Positions 38,661 to 52,562 of a stretch of DNA of 64,000 nucleotides are shown piece by piece. Each line of letters opens with the position of its first letter. Within the stretch, counting starts at the first letter, position 1. Source of the stretch: Chiloscyllium plagiosum (Eukaryota); contig NC_057751.1 in NCBI RefSeq assembly GCF_004010195.1, forward strand, positions 6,188,598 through 6,252,597, read 5' to 3'. Under the pieces are notes generated by a model, which had not been told where the DNA came from, did not search any database, and saw nothing but the letters and a program-made list of their open reading frames with translations. The translations under genes were made by a program, and so were the position numbers.

Positions 38661-38761
38661 GGCAGTGCCCCTCATGTGTATGAAGATGATACAAAGCACT
38701 TCATGATGAGGAAATTGGTACCAAGTATGGACTCATGAGATTAATGTGGACAGTGAGACAC

Positions 38762-39482
38762 GATAAGAATGAACACAGGAACTTGGAGAAGAATTTTCCA
38801 AATTGGCCCCTTGAGCATGCTCTATCATTCAACAAGATCATTGCTGATCTGGCTGTGTTCCAAATTCTTAATTTCCATCTAACCCGAAAAAATTTTGATT
38901 CCCTTGCCAACTACGAATCTGTCCACCAAAACACATTCAATGATATTGCCTCCACTGGCTTCTGAGACTCAGAATTTCAAAAATCCGCTGAGAGAAAATT
39001 GAAAAAAACTTCAGCTCTGTCCAAAAAGGTGATTTTCTAATTGTTGAACAGTAATCCCTGGTTCAAAGTTACCACAAGAGGAAGCATCCCTTCTCTGTTC
39101 ATTTTGTTAAGACCATTCAAGGTCAAATTTACATCAATCAACTGCCCCCTGCATCTTTTGAATTCTCGGAGCAGCACAGCCAGTCTGCCAACCCTTTCCT
39201 CAGAAGACAACCTGCTCATTCCAAGTACCAATCTGGTATACCTCTAAACTGCCTCCAATGCATTTACATCCTTCCTTAAAGAAGGAGACCAAAACTGCAC
39301 AAAGTATTTGACTTGCAGTCTCACCAATATCCTGCATAACTGAAGGTTAGCATCCTAATTTTATGCTCAGTTCCTGTCATAATAAAGGATAGCATTCAAT
39401 TACCCTTCCTAATTACTTTTTGTGCCTGCATGTGAACTTTTTGTGGCTCAGGAACTAAAACATCCAGATCCCTCTGCACCTA
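38762..39482 (-). mobile_element. Old CR1 LINE 3' fragment
   Basis: Degenerate YFVQFWSP...NALEAV motifs on the reverse strand. Confidence 0.8.
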
Positions 39483-41291
39483 ATTAACCACCCATTTTTA
39501 CAGCCACGTGGAAGACATTCCATCACCTTATGATTTATGTTTTGTGGATGAGCAGTCTGTGGAGGGTCAGGAGCTGCGTTTGGCGCTTCTGAAATCCCAT
39601 TATGTCATGAAAGAAGTGCACAGTAATGTATAAGCTAAAGAATTGAAAGGAACAATGATGGGAAAGATCAGCGAGAAAGATTTTGCGGTGGGAATTTTGA
39701 GGGGAATGGGCTTGGAATTCTATGACATTTGGAGAAAGAAGCAAGTTTTGACAATGAAGCAAGCCGAGGTAGTGGCAAAAAATATGCCTGAGTTTGAGTA
39801 GCACAGCAAATGGCCCAGCAAAATTGGTCATGATAACTGGAGCACTGGCTCTGCTCTGCTTATTAAGACTATGGAAGATGGTTTTAATATGTTTTAGTTT
39901 TCCTTTCTTTATCTCTCATATTTGTCAAATGTTGTTTTTCATCCCTCTACGATTTATTGTGCGTGGCTGTCATTCACCTTGGTTCCTTCTCCATTGTTGC
40001 TGTTTTGTTAACAACTCAACTTAATGATGAAAGAGATAGCCTGTTGCTCCTGTCAATCCATAACACCTCTGATGCCATGCTTTCAACTCACATGCTCCCT
40101 GAATTTGCAGCAGAGCAAGTTTTCAAGTACAAGGAGGTGAGGGAAGTAGTCTAATTCACCAAGTACAAGATGATATGTTCACTCCAGCACATTCTGCATC
40201 AGGATTTCAATGTGAATGTTCATACTTCGTTTGTCTCTGACTTCACTTTTAGCTTTTTCTGTGTCACAACACACTTTGTACTGGAGAAAATTTAACAGCT
40301 TCTTAATTTCTTTTTGTTTTTTTTATTCTTAGGTCTTTTGCTGGTGAGCCATAATGACTGCTTGTGTATCATGTGGTTTCACAGGAAAATGATATTGGGT
40401 TCATTTCAATCACGATGAGAGGAATAGTCCAAGGTTCCACAAGTTTCATTTCATCATTCTGTTTGAAATATTTGTATTCTAAATTGATTTTGCTTCTTCA
40501 GAAATGGCAAATTATTCTGCTCTGTGATACACTGAAGAGAATACAAAAGAGTTAACTTGGTCTAATACTCTCAGCTCTGTTCATTGGATAGTGCTCTACT
40601 TGTTTTTTTTTCCACTGGTAACAATTGATACAATCAATGCAAATCCATTTCTGGAGTCTTGATTCTTATTCAAACGTTCTCTCTCCCTGTCTGATGCCTT
40701 GATTTTGGTTGTGTACTTTTCTTGCTGGATCTTTCCATTGACTCTTGCCTCCTCCAGAGGAATGAATCCCTGATTAATTTCTTCAATTTATGAAAGAAAA
40801 TTATTTCCTTTTCACATCTTTGAGCATTACCAGCAGTTGTAAGGGTTATGAAAGAGGACAAAAGATATGGTCACATTAGTTGACCTGCGTGCTGATCCAA
40901 GCATCTATTTTCTTCTCTCTAATGTCCCTAGAAGAGGGAAGTGGGTTGAGTGAAAGAGGGTTAAGTGTTTTTTTTGATTATGACCATTAAGTTCTAAGAA
41001 ATGCAAAGTGACCTTTTTTTTATGAGGTTGAACAACCAAGAAGCATAAGGTAAATTGAAAGCTAAATGCAGTGGAGCAAAACTAGCTCATATTTACCATT
41101 TGGCAGTTCAGGATACACTACGAATTTGGGTAAAGATGAAACAATTAGCATCCTCTCTGACTGGAACAGTCTTCTCCTTGGCAGTTTTTGAAAGATGAGA
41201 TCTTTGCAGCAGGTTTTTGAGAATAGAACAAATCTCGTGGGTGGAATCTCTTTGGCCACAGAGAGCTTTAATAAGGCTGGGCAGTCAACTT

Positions 41292-41664
41292 TCATGAGGG
41301 GTGACCTTATAGAGGTTTATAAAATCATGAGGGGCATGGATAGGGTAAATAGACAAGGGTTTTTCCACGGGGTGGCGGAGTCCAGAACTAGAGGGCATAG
41401 GTTTAGGGTGAGAGGGGAAAGATTTAAAAGGGACCTAAGGGGCAACTTTTTTATGCAAAGCGTGGTGCATGTATGGAATGAACTGCATGGGGAAGTGGTA
41501 GAGGCTGGTACAATTGCAACATTTAAAAGGCATCTGGATGAATATATGAAGGGTTTAGAGGAAAATGGGATTAGATTAATTTAAGATATCTGAACGGCAT
41601 GGACAAGTTGGACCGAAGGGTCTGGTTCCACGACCGAAGGGTCTGTTCATCTCTATGACTCTAT
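41292..41664 (+). mobile_element. CR1 LINE 3' fragment
   Basis: MRGDLIEVYKIMRG...FKRHLD; CTCTATGACTCTATG tail. Confidence 0.93.
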
Positions 41665-42899
41665 GTGTGGGTGGCAAAGATTCACGGTCTTAAGGAATGG
41701 AGGGAGGAGATTGAGATGTAGAGGGGAGACTCACAGTAATAGGAGAAAGGGACACAAGGAAGAATGGGAGCTGCATATTGAGAGGAACACAGCAGGGTAA
41801 TTATGTGGAGAATAAGAAAGAGCAGGCAAATTGAATAAAGCCTGGGCATGGAATTTGGATGACAGTCAAATCAGGGAGTAGAGCAAGAATATCAAAGGAC
41901 CAATTGTCACACCGAGATGGAAGAAGCCTATCGAAAATGATAGGTTACACCTGCACTCGACAGTAGGAAGGTTGATGGTAAACGAATTAAATAAAAAATT
42001 CACAATCTCCAGTTCCAAAGTTAGTCATCCCTCAAAAATCCGCCTTTCAGAGAATGCATAGTATAAATGGGAGGGTCATGAGATCTGCTTGCAAGTGTTC
42101 CTATTATGGCATAAACACATCCAACTGAGGGAATAAGCACATAAACTTTACAACATTGTTCTGTGAGCATTCAGTTAAGCAGTTGAGCACTGAGGGGAAG
42201 CACTCACTGTAGAATACAGGTGACTAAGCTCTATCAGCTTGTGCCACCAATACCCCCACCATGTCCTGTGATTCATTTAACTGTGAGAAGAAGGGTGTCT
42301 AAGACTCACGAACAGTGGTGGCGGGGGGTGGGAGTTATTCCACCTGCAGCCATGGACAGCACTCACAGGCCCAGAGATCTGAAAGTTATGGATGAGTCGA
42401 TGAAACTACGAGACAGGCTGTACATTTCGATGTTGTAAGGGTGTATCATAGGAAATAGTGAACACCACCAGGAGTCAGATTGAGCAAGTTGCTGCTTTCA
42501 TGAAAGTCACGATAAAGATCAAGGTTACAATGAATTTGCTCTTGGCATGATGAGCAAGAGAAAAAAACAATCATGTGTCGTGAAAGTAGAGGTGGATGTA
42601 GCAAGGGCTTTCAATGAACACATGAGCAGTCTGATAAGGGCCCCAAAGGTTTTTTGGCCATGCCTAGACCTCAGATGGAGGAGAACCATCTTATCGTGGT
42701 ATCATTTCATGGGTCAATAAGATGTTTGGCCAACTTCATTCCATCAGCAATATGAGCATTGCTGATGGGGTAAAGGTGCAGGAGGCTAAGAAAAAGGAGT
42801 GCTCAGCAACAACAGATAAAGATAAGAGGCTATGGAGCTGCAATGGGGAAAAAGCATGTGGTGCCTGAAGTGGGAAACCAGTGTCATGAGCCATGAGTC

Positions 42900-44290
42900 A
42901 TGTACAAAGGGAGGGTCTGCAGGCATGCTGTGTTTCCCTGCAGATGTATGAAAAATAGTGCTGGAGATCCTACACATGACACAGGAAGCCAAATCTGCCG
43001 CATACTGCAGACAGATCTGCAGCTGGTCAACTTGAGGGGCAGCAAAATGCCATGGCTCTGACTATCACAATGGCGTTGCACTTCTCAGCCATCTGTGCTT
43101 TTTGAAAAATGTGTGGTATCTCTCAAACAGTAGTCCATATCTAAGATCACTGATGCCCTTCACAGGAAAGCAAGACAGCTTGTTAAGGTCACCATGGATT
43201 CAGAGAGTCATGGTGGCCAAGCCATTGGATATATAGCCATTGCTGGGTACAAGAGATCTTTGACATCATGTACATGGTAGTCAGAGTTTCATGGCATTAT
43301 CCAGCCAGATTCCTGACAGAAAGGGATTTCACTCCCTCAATGTCCAACTTGTTTGTGAACACAGACAACAGTTCCTACAGAAATGAATAGGTCTAGTTTT
43401 GGAAGTACCAGTGAAAGCAAACAAGAGAAGATGGGGAACAGGGAACAGGGAAAATGAAGTGACAGAAAGCTTGAGTGTTGACAGTGAACAAAGAAATGGT
43501 TGTCTTTCAATGGGCAAGGAAAAGATAAGGGCATGTAAATGTGTACAGTGAACAAAACTGGAACTTGAAGTAGAAATTACTTTAATGTGACATGACATAG
43601 TAACATGACAAAAATATGGTTCAAGCCAGGACAGGATTGGATACTTAACATCCCAGGTTATCAGGCTTCCGGTACAATCAGGATGGGTTTCAAAAGAAAA
43701 CTGGACATATAATTAAAGTGATTAACTTAGAGGATGAAAGAGGTAGGGCTGGCCAAAGGGATGAGCTGCGTAGCTCTTTCACAAGCTGGTATAGACACGA
43801 GGTTGAATGGCTCCTTCTCCCTTATACAATTGTATCCTGTTAGATTTAAAAATACTGACATTGTGCATAACTCCTATGTTCTTCAGATATTTGATTCCCT
43901 GCCTCACCTCCTGGACTGGCTTTTGACTGATAAGTCATTTCCCCTGGAAGACATGGCTAATAACCCCAGTCATAACCCTCACTTGGATGGCACTACAGTG
44001 TCAGCTAGGCATCTATTTGCATCATTTTCAACACATCTTGACTTCAGAAGATGGCGTTCTATTGTCTGGACCAATCGGGAGGAATTTTTGTCAGAGTCTC
44101 TGGAATACTGGCTGCTTGCTGTGCCTTCCGATACTTAGCTCTGCGACTGGCTGAAAAGAGGGGGAGATGGACTCCGCTGATGAAAAGCGTAGGAGGAGAG
44201 TCAGGCAGTGATTTTGAGGGAGTTCATGCTGATGATGAGGATGGTAAAGAAGCCGGGGACGACTAAGATGAAGCAGCAATGCCTGAGAAA
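42900..44290 (+). mobile_element. PIF/Harbinger transposase remnant, interrupted at about 43380-43830 by CR1-like sequence
   Basis: CGISQT, TDAL, RKGFHSLNVQLVC, WLLTDKSFPL (cf. GDKGYP), CLDQSGG...AACCA; multiple stops and frameshifts. Confidence 0.8.
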
Positions 44291-44390
44291 ACCTGATTGT
44301 CATTGGGTTTGAAGGCAATTAACTTTACATTATCTTCATGTACAGTCAGAACTATGACCTAATTATGATGCAGAGGCATTCATGCTCTTA

Positions 44391-44405
44391 AGCGCCCTCT
44401 GGTGA
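44391..44405 (-). promoter_or_regulatory. CTCF-like motif
   Basis: Reverse strand TCACCAGAGGGCGCT, close to the CCACCAGRGGGCGC consensus. Confidence 0.35.
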
Positions 44406-45699
44406 TTTGGAATAAAAAGGGCTCTGTATTATTGGAAGTCTCCTGCAAAGGTGCAAGTGCAAAATTTTCATCTTGATCTGATTGGTGAAGTTTGGGCTCA
44501 TTGCTGTCTTCATATTCTTCTGCTTATACAAAATGTCTGCAGCGATATGGGCTCTGGTGAGATATCAGAGAGAATTGGGTGACAAGTGAGGTGAAGCCCA
44601 TCTTGATGTCCTGATAATTTTGCTCTATACTTTATATTTTTCATAAGTGTGTGGTTGGATTCTCACAAGGCAGCAGCACCGAGGTGTAAATCTGACAGGG
44701 ATTAACACTCATTACATGCCTTGCTAATGCCAAGCATTCAACCTCCCATCTTAACAAACTCACCGAAGAAGCTAAACATCAGGAAAATCTGACAAGGAAG
44801 TTAGAGTGGGTACCTGGCTAGTTCATTTGTCCCCAATGACTTCCATGTTGGAAACTGGGCATCAACATTGCAGAGCACAGTTCATGGGCACTGAGCACAG
44901 ACACCGGTGCCCATGGTAATTGGCATCCAATGTATGTCAGCTTGTAAAAACCCTCATTTCACATCTCTGCCCAACAGTTTCTGTCTTTGGTTTGGGGTTT
45001 CGAATTTGTAGTTTTTCGCTTTTGACTTTTTACATTGTTTCTTTGATCCTAAAATTAGGCAGATTTTTCCAATGAAGCATGAGTTTGAATGAACTATAAA
45101 GTTACAATTAGGACATGGAATATAATTTCAAGGTAGAGATTTGAGCAGATGTGCAACAGGTTAAGTTTGGGTGTTGGCTCACAGATGCCTGGGTATTCGG
45201 AATTTCCATCCATCCATTTTGTTGGGAAATCAATCTTGAAATAATTTTGATTGGGCTGAATATTTCTCTTGGATAGGATGGGCAAAACTTCTTTAAAGAA
45301 AGTCCTTAAACGCCCTCATGAAGAAATGAAATAATGAAATCGCAGATGCCTTTTTATTTGAAAAGAAGTATTGTTGTTTTTCATTTGGAACCCACTTGCT
45401 TCCCCTTTATCAGTATTTATTAAAAAGTCAAGTCTATCTGAAAGCAAAGAAATGAAAAGCAATAAAGAACTGCAAGTAGTGGGAATTATGAAACCAAAAT
45501 TGAAGATGCTGTGAACATTGAACAGTAGAGACAGTTTTGGTAAAAAGATGTATTAATTTCTCAGGTGTGGAGTGATTGCTCTTACTACAGGATAACAATA
45601 CTTGGCAAGAAACAGAATAAAATGAAGCATCCATGTTAAATCATGCAGGGACAAGATGAGTATATAGGGAAATACACAGATGTTAGCACATGGTTTATT

Positions 45700-46000
45700 T
45701 TGTTCACTCATAGCTGTGCCTCAGTGAATAGTTCTCTAGCCAGAGAATATGGTCTCTGTTTAGGTACAAGACCAAATATTTGAGCACAAACATTATGGGT
45801 GAGTGTACACTGCATTGTCTGTAGTTATTTTCAATAAGGTATTAAATCCCATCTGCTCTCTCAGTGGGACTTGAATAACCCGATCTATTATTTTGAAGAG
45901 CAACAAGGTGTTAATACAAATATTTGGCTAGTCATCATCCTTCAATCAACATTACTGAAAACTGATAATCTGGTTATTGTATGACCTTGGCTGGTGGTAA
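45700..46000 (+). mobile_element. Old Deu-domain SINE fragment
   Basis: CTCTCTCAGTGGGAC...TATTTTGAAGAGCA...TAATCTGGTTATT similar to 29330-29769. Confidence 0.55.
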
Positions 46001-46610
46001 AGTGGACAAGATCTTAGAGTGTGACATGGCTCAATGAATGATAAATTTCATTTTTCTTTTCATTTACCATGAACGTTAGTTGCTGAACAATAAGCTGACA
46101 ATGTACTTTTGATAAGGTAACTTGAAAGAGTGTTTACACAAAAAACAATGATGTTACAAGAAGGACTTGACATAGTCTTGCTAGAAATATCAGAAAGGAA
46201 CATTCCCTCAACAACCTTCCAGACACTCGAACCTCAGAAAAGGGTCATCTCATCTCCATTTTAAAGTTCCTTGATCAGCTTGCATGACTGTAATTAGTTT
46301 ATTTTTGGCAAATTTCCATGTTCATTCAGTTATATTTTCTTGAGTTAATGCCTTTTTTGAGACCCTTAAACAAGTTGTTGGCTCAATTCATTGATTTCCA
46401 AAATTGGATGAGTTAAACTCTTGTGTTCCACAACCACTACTTCTGGAGTTTTCTTCTCAGCCATTCAAACCTTTTGCCCAGCCACCCTAATATTGTGTAT
46501 TAACAGCACTTCTTCTGCTGTGAACTTTTTGCTGATGGAAACTTTCATGTTGTCGGGCTTCTCATGAATGGTTCTGATTTTCTGGGTCAATGGGCTCCTG
46601 TTGCTAGCTG

Positions 46611-46895
46611 TTGCTTTCAAGATGAGAGGTGGAAAGTTTAAGGGGGATACACGCGGCAAATACTTCACACAGAGGGTGGTGGGTGTTTGGAACGCGTTGC
46701 CAGCAGAGGTGGTAGAGGCAGGCATGGTAGATTCATTTAAGATGCATCTAGACAGATGCATGAGTAGGTGAGGAGCAGGGGATACAAATGCTTAGGAATT
46801 GACTGACAGGTTTAGACAGTACATTTGGATCGGCTCAGGCTTGGAGGGCCGAAGGGCCTGTTCTTGGGTTGTAAATTTTCTTTGTTATTTGTTCT
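46611..46895 (+). mobile_element. CR1 LINE 3' fragment
   Basis: RGGKFKGDTRGKYFTQRVVGVWNALP...FKMHLD. Confidence 0.9.
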
Positions 46896-47376
46896 AATAA
46901 CAATTGTACTTTGATCTAATGCACTGAACTATTCACCTCTTGAGTTCAAACCCTCAATTAACTGGACATATGGATACATTTCAGGCACGCCAACGCCACT
47001 CACAAAACAAATTTAAAATTAAACAAAAAACATGTATCCTTTTTAACACATATAAGGGAGAAATATAAATCAAACTGAAAGCAAGGCACCATTCTTTCAC
47101 TTTCAAACCCAAGCTCTCTAACATTGTAGGAGTATGCTTGCTTCTGGGTTAGGAAATTCTGAGTTCAAGAGCCACCTCTAACAGAAATGTTCCACAACAT
47201 GTCTGACCAGTTTGATTTGAATACTTGTAAGGAAACCATCGTCACCTCTGGAGTTAGCTCCACATAAATTGACTACCCTGTTTCCTACATTGCAAAAGTG
47301 AATAATTAAATGAGCCCTGGGAACACCCTGAGGTTATGAAAGGTGTGATAACCCCTTTAAAAGTCAATCAGAACAC

Positions 47377-48010
47377 ATTTAGATTTAAGTTTAATTGTCA
47401 TGTATGCTGAAGTGCAGGGGTACGGGAGTACAGTGAAATGTCTACAGTGTTGCCATTCCCTGTGCCATCATAGGTACAACGATACCTAGGTACAATATGT
47501 TGGGTACAAAAATTGAAAAATAAAGAAGTAAGTTAAAAAGTTCAACACTACAGCTCTTCTTAGCATCAAGTAGAAAAATAAACAAATAAAGTTAAAAGTT
47601 AAACTTTGCAGTCCTTTCTTAAGTCTTGGGCCTGCAGATATTCTCTGCTGGGCTTTCTCCACAAGGTTAGCTCTCCCCAGCACTGGGCACATTTTCACCC
47701 ACACTGGGCGAAGTCACACCCAGGATCACCAGCCGCTACGCTGCCGACCACGGCTTGGCTGCTGACCACCATTGGGTCTTGCTAATCTTCGCCGCCAACC
47801 ACCAATTGGCCACTGACCGCTATCCGGGCTCGTGTTGGGCCCCAACCACTGACACTCTTCGTCACCATCGGTGTCTCCAGAAGATAAGTAAACAAAAACA
47901 CTAAAAAGCTAAAAAAGAGAAATTAAACGAGAAAAGAAAGAAAAAAAGAAAAGCAGACGGAATGGCTGAGACCTGGGCTTAAGAGTCCAGACACTGCCTG
48001 CCATCTTGAA
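47377..48010 (-). mobile_element. Non-autonomous retroposon, possibly Rex1/Babar-associated
   Basis: Reverse strand begins CAAGATGGC and ends ...CATACATGACAATTAAAC-TAAATC repeats; no ORF. Confidence 0.45.
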
Positions 48011-48265
48011 TTTGATTGAGAGCAAGTGGTGCTTTGTCTTTAAGAGCTGAGCTCTTTGCATGTAAATTTCTAATTGGCTACATGGAAGATTATTGATTGA
48101 TAGGTTTCAAAAAGCAGCACGGTGATTTGGTGGTGGGTAAGTCATTTTGTTGTGGATATAATTTTAAAAAGAGCTGGGTTCTTGTTGTGCAGTGATAGTG
48201 TCCCCACTTCTGAACCAAGGCACCCAGGTTCAAATCCCACCCGATGCAGAAATTTGCCATGACAT

Positions 48266-48586
48266 AGCATGGTGGCTCAGTGGTTAGCACTGCAACCTCA
48301 CAACGCCAGGGATCTGGGTTCAATTCCTGCCTTGGGTGACTGTACATTTGGAGTTTGCACGTTCTTCCAGTCGGATTCCTCTGGGTGTTTGGTTTCTTCC
48401 CATGATCCAAAGATATGCAGGCCAGGTGAATTGGCCACGCTAAATTGCCCATAGTGTTAGGTGCATTAGTCAGGGGTAAATATAAGATAGGAGAATGGAT
48501 CTGTGTGTATTACTCTTTGGAGGGTTGGTGTGAACTTGTTGGGCTGCAGGGCCTGTTTCCGTAATGTAGGAAATCTAATCTAATCT
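48266..48586 (+). mobile_element. HE1-like SINE nested in an older tRNA-SINE head (48175-48610)
   Basis: A/B boxes and (AATCT)n tail; flanks join into a sequence related to 34705-34770 and 47130-47225. Confidence 0.85.
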
Positions 48587-49965
48587 CTGAACAGGTCGAT
48601 CAGAAAGTATAAGAGAGTTGTTTTTTTTTCCCTAAAACGTGTTATTTCCTAGTTTTTCATTTAAGTGAATTGACTCATGGGATGTAGTGTCACTGGTTGG
48701 GCTAAAATGTATTGCCTATCCCTCACTGCCCTTGAGAAAGTGATGGTAAATCACTAGAGTCTATTTAGTTCAGTTTCTGGATAACTCACAGCAATGTCAC
48801 TAGTTCATTACCTACCAGGCATCTGTGGTTTGACTTGTGAGTAAGCAGAATCCAAGGGAAAAGTTGGAAACAAGTGTTTGTTCAAAATATAGATTTACAA
48901 TAAAACTGTTGAAATTTCTGAAAGTCTTTTGCTACCTAATTCAACAAATTGATGTTGGTCTGTTCAACAGACACTTGGAAGCAGTTAAATGATAGAAGAG
49001 ACACCTCCTTGGGTCAGCAATAGATAGAATGTAAGAAATCATAAGTTCATAAATTCATAAGTTCTTTAAGTTCATTTATAAAAAGCACAGAGAGCATGCA
49101 TCGATTCCAAGTGAACGCACAGAAAAAAAATGACCAAGCTATGTAAGCCTACAAGAAAGAGAAAAAACAGACCTTTAGTTTCGCCTAATCCGCAAATACC
49201 AGCAGAGTCATCCACTTTGTAAGCAGTTCTTGCCAACGAGAAAAGTCAGAGCTATGAATCTCTGAGGTTATTAAAGTCAAAATTAAAGACTGGCAAAAAC
49301 TATCATTTTATTGGTTTCCTGTGAATTTACAACACTTCAGGGTGGCTGCAAATAGAAGATCTGTTATATTAAGTTGATAACATTTCCTTTTTATTTGCCA
49401 TTCGGGCCAGGTTTTCCAGAAGTGCTCAAGTCACTGCAATTTCTTATGGATTGAACCCAATTTCTTTTTTCTCTTTTTTTGCTGAATTCCTTCTTCATGA
49501 TCTTGGTGAAGAGGGTTAATATGTTCATCTTTTTCTTAGCACAGATGATGGCTGGCCTGCTGTATGTTCTCAGCATTGTCTGTATTTTATTAAGATTATT
49601 TCTGCCCTGCTTGTTCCCTCCTAATGTCAAGGTATGTCAGGTCATGTTCACATTGGGCCGAATCTTACTTGTTTTTTGCCCAAGCATGAATTGTACTGAG
49701 CCTTTTGAAGGGATTCCTGGTGCAAAGCTGAATGAGATGTCTTAAATTATGTAGCCAAACGTGCCTCATAATATCCTACCCTGCCCCCAAGGTGTCCCTC
49801 ACATCCGATATCTTAGCACGTACCATTCCCAGAACTTGCATTCAGAAAATATCCACCAAAAGATCTGCCTCCCTTGCACCCGCACCATCTTTAAAGCCTG
49901 TTGTACACCCGGACAAGCTCTGTCAGACTGGAAACCACTACACGTTTCCTGGCATTTGTCTCAGA

Positions 49966-50300
49966 CATGGCAGGCAGACGGAAATCGTCATCAGGCTTTT
50001 GTGGACAGGGACGTGGAGGTCCTGGTGGGTGGGATAGTGCACAAGCAGAACATCCCCTTGCTCCAGGCTGTGGCAGCAGACAATGTCAGCCTGGTCAAGG
50101 TTGCCACCAGGTTACTGCAGTCTCTGCCAGCATTCCCTAGAATTTTCTGACCGGCTATGCGGGTCTCTGAGTTTTATGCATGGTAGTATCTGCTGGAAGC
50201 AGAAATGTATGCATGGATCAGCTCATGTGGAAACAATAGTCTCACTTATCTGGCAGAATGTCCAGCATTGCAAGAAGAAGGCCAATGACTCTCAACATGA
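49966..50300 (+). mobile_element. Myb/SANT-like DNA-binding ORF remnant of a Harbinger element
   Basis: MAGRRKSSSGF / DRDVEVLV / W..VA / QHCKKKAND across frameshifts. Confidence 0.6.
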
Positions 50301-50534
50301 CATCAGATGGCATGCTATCATTTTCTGTCTGGTACCTTACATGATCTCTGCTACTATACCCATTCTGCCACCAAGGCACATGCTCCAACACTCCCTCTAC
50401 TGCCTGCAACATCTTTCCTCACTTAGTCTCACCTAGCCAAACCCCTGACACCAATATCACTGCATGTCATGTGTGCTGCCTACATGTTGTGGAACTTCAC
50501 TACCTGCCCCATTGAGCTGGGTGCAAGTCTCTGA

Positions 50535-51139
50535 CATTATGGACCAAGTCAGATGCCCTCAAAACATTTTAAGAAGGTAGCCCAGACCCTAACATTTTGT
50601 TTTTTTTAAAGCAGATGTAATGTGAATATTCCAGGAGTGATGCAGCTGGCCCAACCACTCAGCTTTAAACGAAACAGAATTTATTTAAACATTACGGATG
50701 AAACATGAACAAAATAAAACATAATTTAGGATAATTTAACTTATTTGAAAACCCAACCCTGACACAATATTGCAACTTAACGAGGGAGCTGTTCCAATCT
50801 CCACAACATCACATAAACACACCACTTGGCAAAAGGTAAATTCAAACACAGGTTCTTACAGGTAGGTGAGATATCAAAGAGAAAATTCAGGCAAGACCTC
50901 TGTTGAAGCATGGAACCTCTTTTCACTGTAGCCGCTTCTCTGGATCCCCAGCAGTTTTTGACTGTTTGCTAAAAATAGGTCACACTAGAAAAGAAATGTG
51001 AACTGGGAAAATTGGCCGCTCCCCTGCTGTTGTTTTTGAGGAGCCATTTCCAGACATATTGGAACCTCTGCCTTTGCGACCCCTCTTTAAAAAAAAAACA
51101 AGAACAACATAACCTTGTTAAAAGGGCCGCATCATCACA
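50535..51139 (-). mobile_element. Solo LTR (Gmr1-like family)
   Basis: 4-bp TSD CTGA at 50531-50534 and 51140-51143; homologous to the other copies. Confidence 0.87.
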
Positions 51140-51539
51140 CTGAACATGCAGTGCCCTTGCAGCACCATTACCGTAATAGTTGCTAGTGTGGCCAATGTGT
51201 AGCATTAATGTGCAGAAGCATCCTGTTGGTGGACTGGAGACTGGCATGTATCACACTGATTGTTTGAGACTGGCACATGTTAGATATCAATGTGGAATGC
51301 GCCCTGAGGTGTTCATGCCTGGTATCCCTCATGCGGGGTGTTTGGAGCATGTAGTGAGCTGAAGCCACCAAGTACTTGCTTTTTTTTCCCATGTTGAGAT
51401 TTCTCAGCATCACGTTTGTCTGGCATGTTTCGTAAGATGTGAAGCTGAGGCAGGTTGAACCATTACGAAGGTATTAAACAAATTAAATTTCCCCTTAATT
51501 GCCACTGCTGAGTGAAAAACTCACCACACTGCTTTTGAA

Positions 51540-52290
51540 AAGCATGAAAGATGGAGTTCAACTCTGATAAGTGTGAGATACTGCATTTCAGGAGGTCAAA
51601 CAGGGAACAGACAATAATTAGGAATATAGTGAGAGGGATGGGTGAAGTAAGATATACTGGTGTGCAAATGCAGTCCATGTAGCAAGCTGTCTTCTTCATT
51701 GAGAAACATATAGCATACAAAAGTAGACATATGATGATGCAACTGTATATTACACCAGTGAGGCAATAACTAGAATATTGTGTGCAGTTCTGGACACCAC
51801 ATTACAGGAAGGACATAATAGCTCTGGAGAAAGTGCAGAGAAGATTTATGAGAATGTTGCCAGGGCAAGGGAATTGTCGTGGCAATGTGAAGTTGGAGAA
51901 GATTGGTGTCGTTTTCCTTCAAACAGAGAAGGCTGAGGAGTGACTTTGTTGAGGTACACAAAATTGTGAAGGGTGGAGATAGAATAGGCAGGAGTAACAT
52001 TGTCAGTGTTCAAAACCAGGGGTCAGAGATTCAAAGTACGTGACACAAGGATTAGAGGGGATGAGAAGAAAAGCTTTTTTAATCAGTGGGAGATGGGTGT
52101 CTGGAATTCATTGCCTGAGATGGTAGAGGCAGAGAGACCTGAAACTCTTCTAAAAAGAACCTAAATCTGCACCTAAAGTGCTGTAAAGTGCAGGGCTATA
52201 GGCTGTGTGTGGGAAGATGGGATCAGCAAGGGTATCTGGGTGTCTCGAGGTTGACATGCATAAGATGGGTCAATGGACCATAACATTAGA
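51540..52290 (+). mobile_element. Old CR1 LINE 3' fragment
   Basis: MEFNSDKCEILHF, LEYCVQFWTP. Confidence 0.85.
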
Positions 52291-52562
52291 GTATTTTTTT
52301 CAAAAATTCTTGAAGTATTTTTTCATGCTTGTTTGTGCATGTATCTACTTCAGGACAAGGTGTTACAAAGATCCTCAGACAGTACTTTCCAAACCCATGA
52401 TCACTTCCATATAGAAAAACTAGGGCAGCAGATATAAGGCAACACCACCACCTTCAAGTTCCCCTCCTAGCCACTTACCATCCTGACTTGGCAATATATT
52501 GACGTTCCTTCACTGTTGCTGGATCAAGATCCTGGAATTCCCTCCATAATGGCAGTGTTGGT

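Noticed and set aside
42900..44290. Domesticated HARBI1 gene
   Set aside because: Many stops and frameshifts, altered catalytic motifs and an internal insertion
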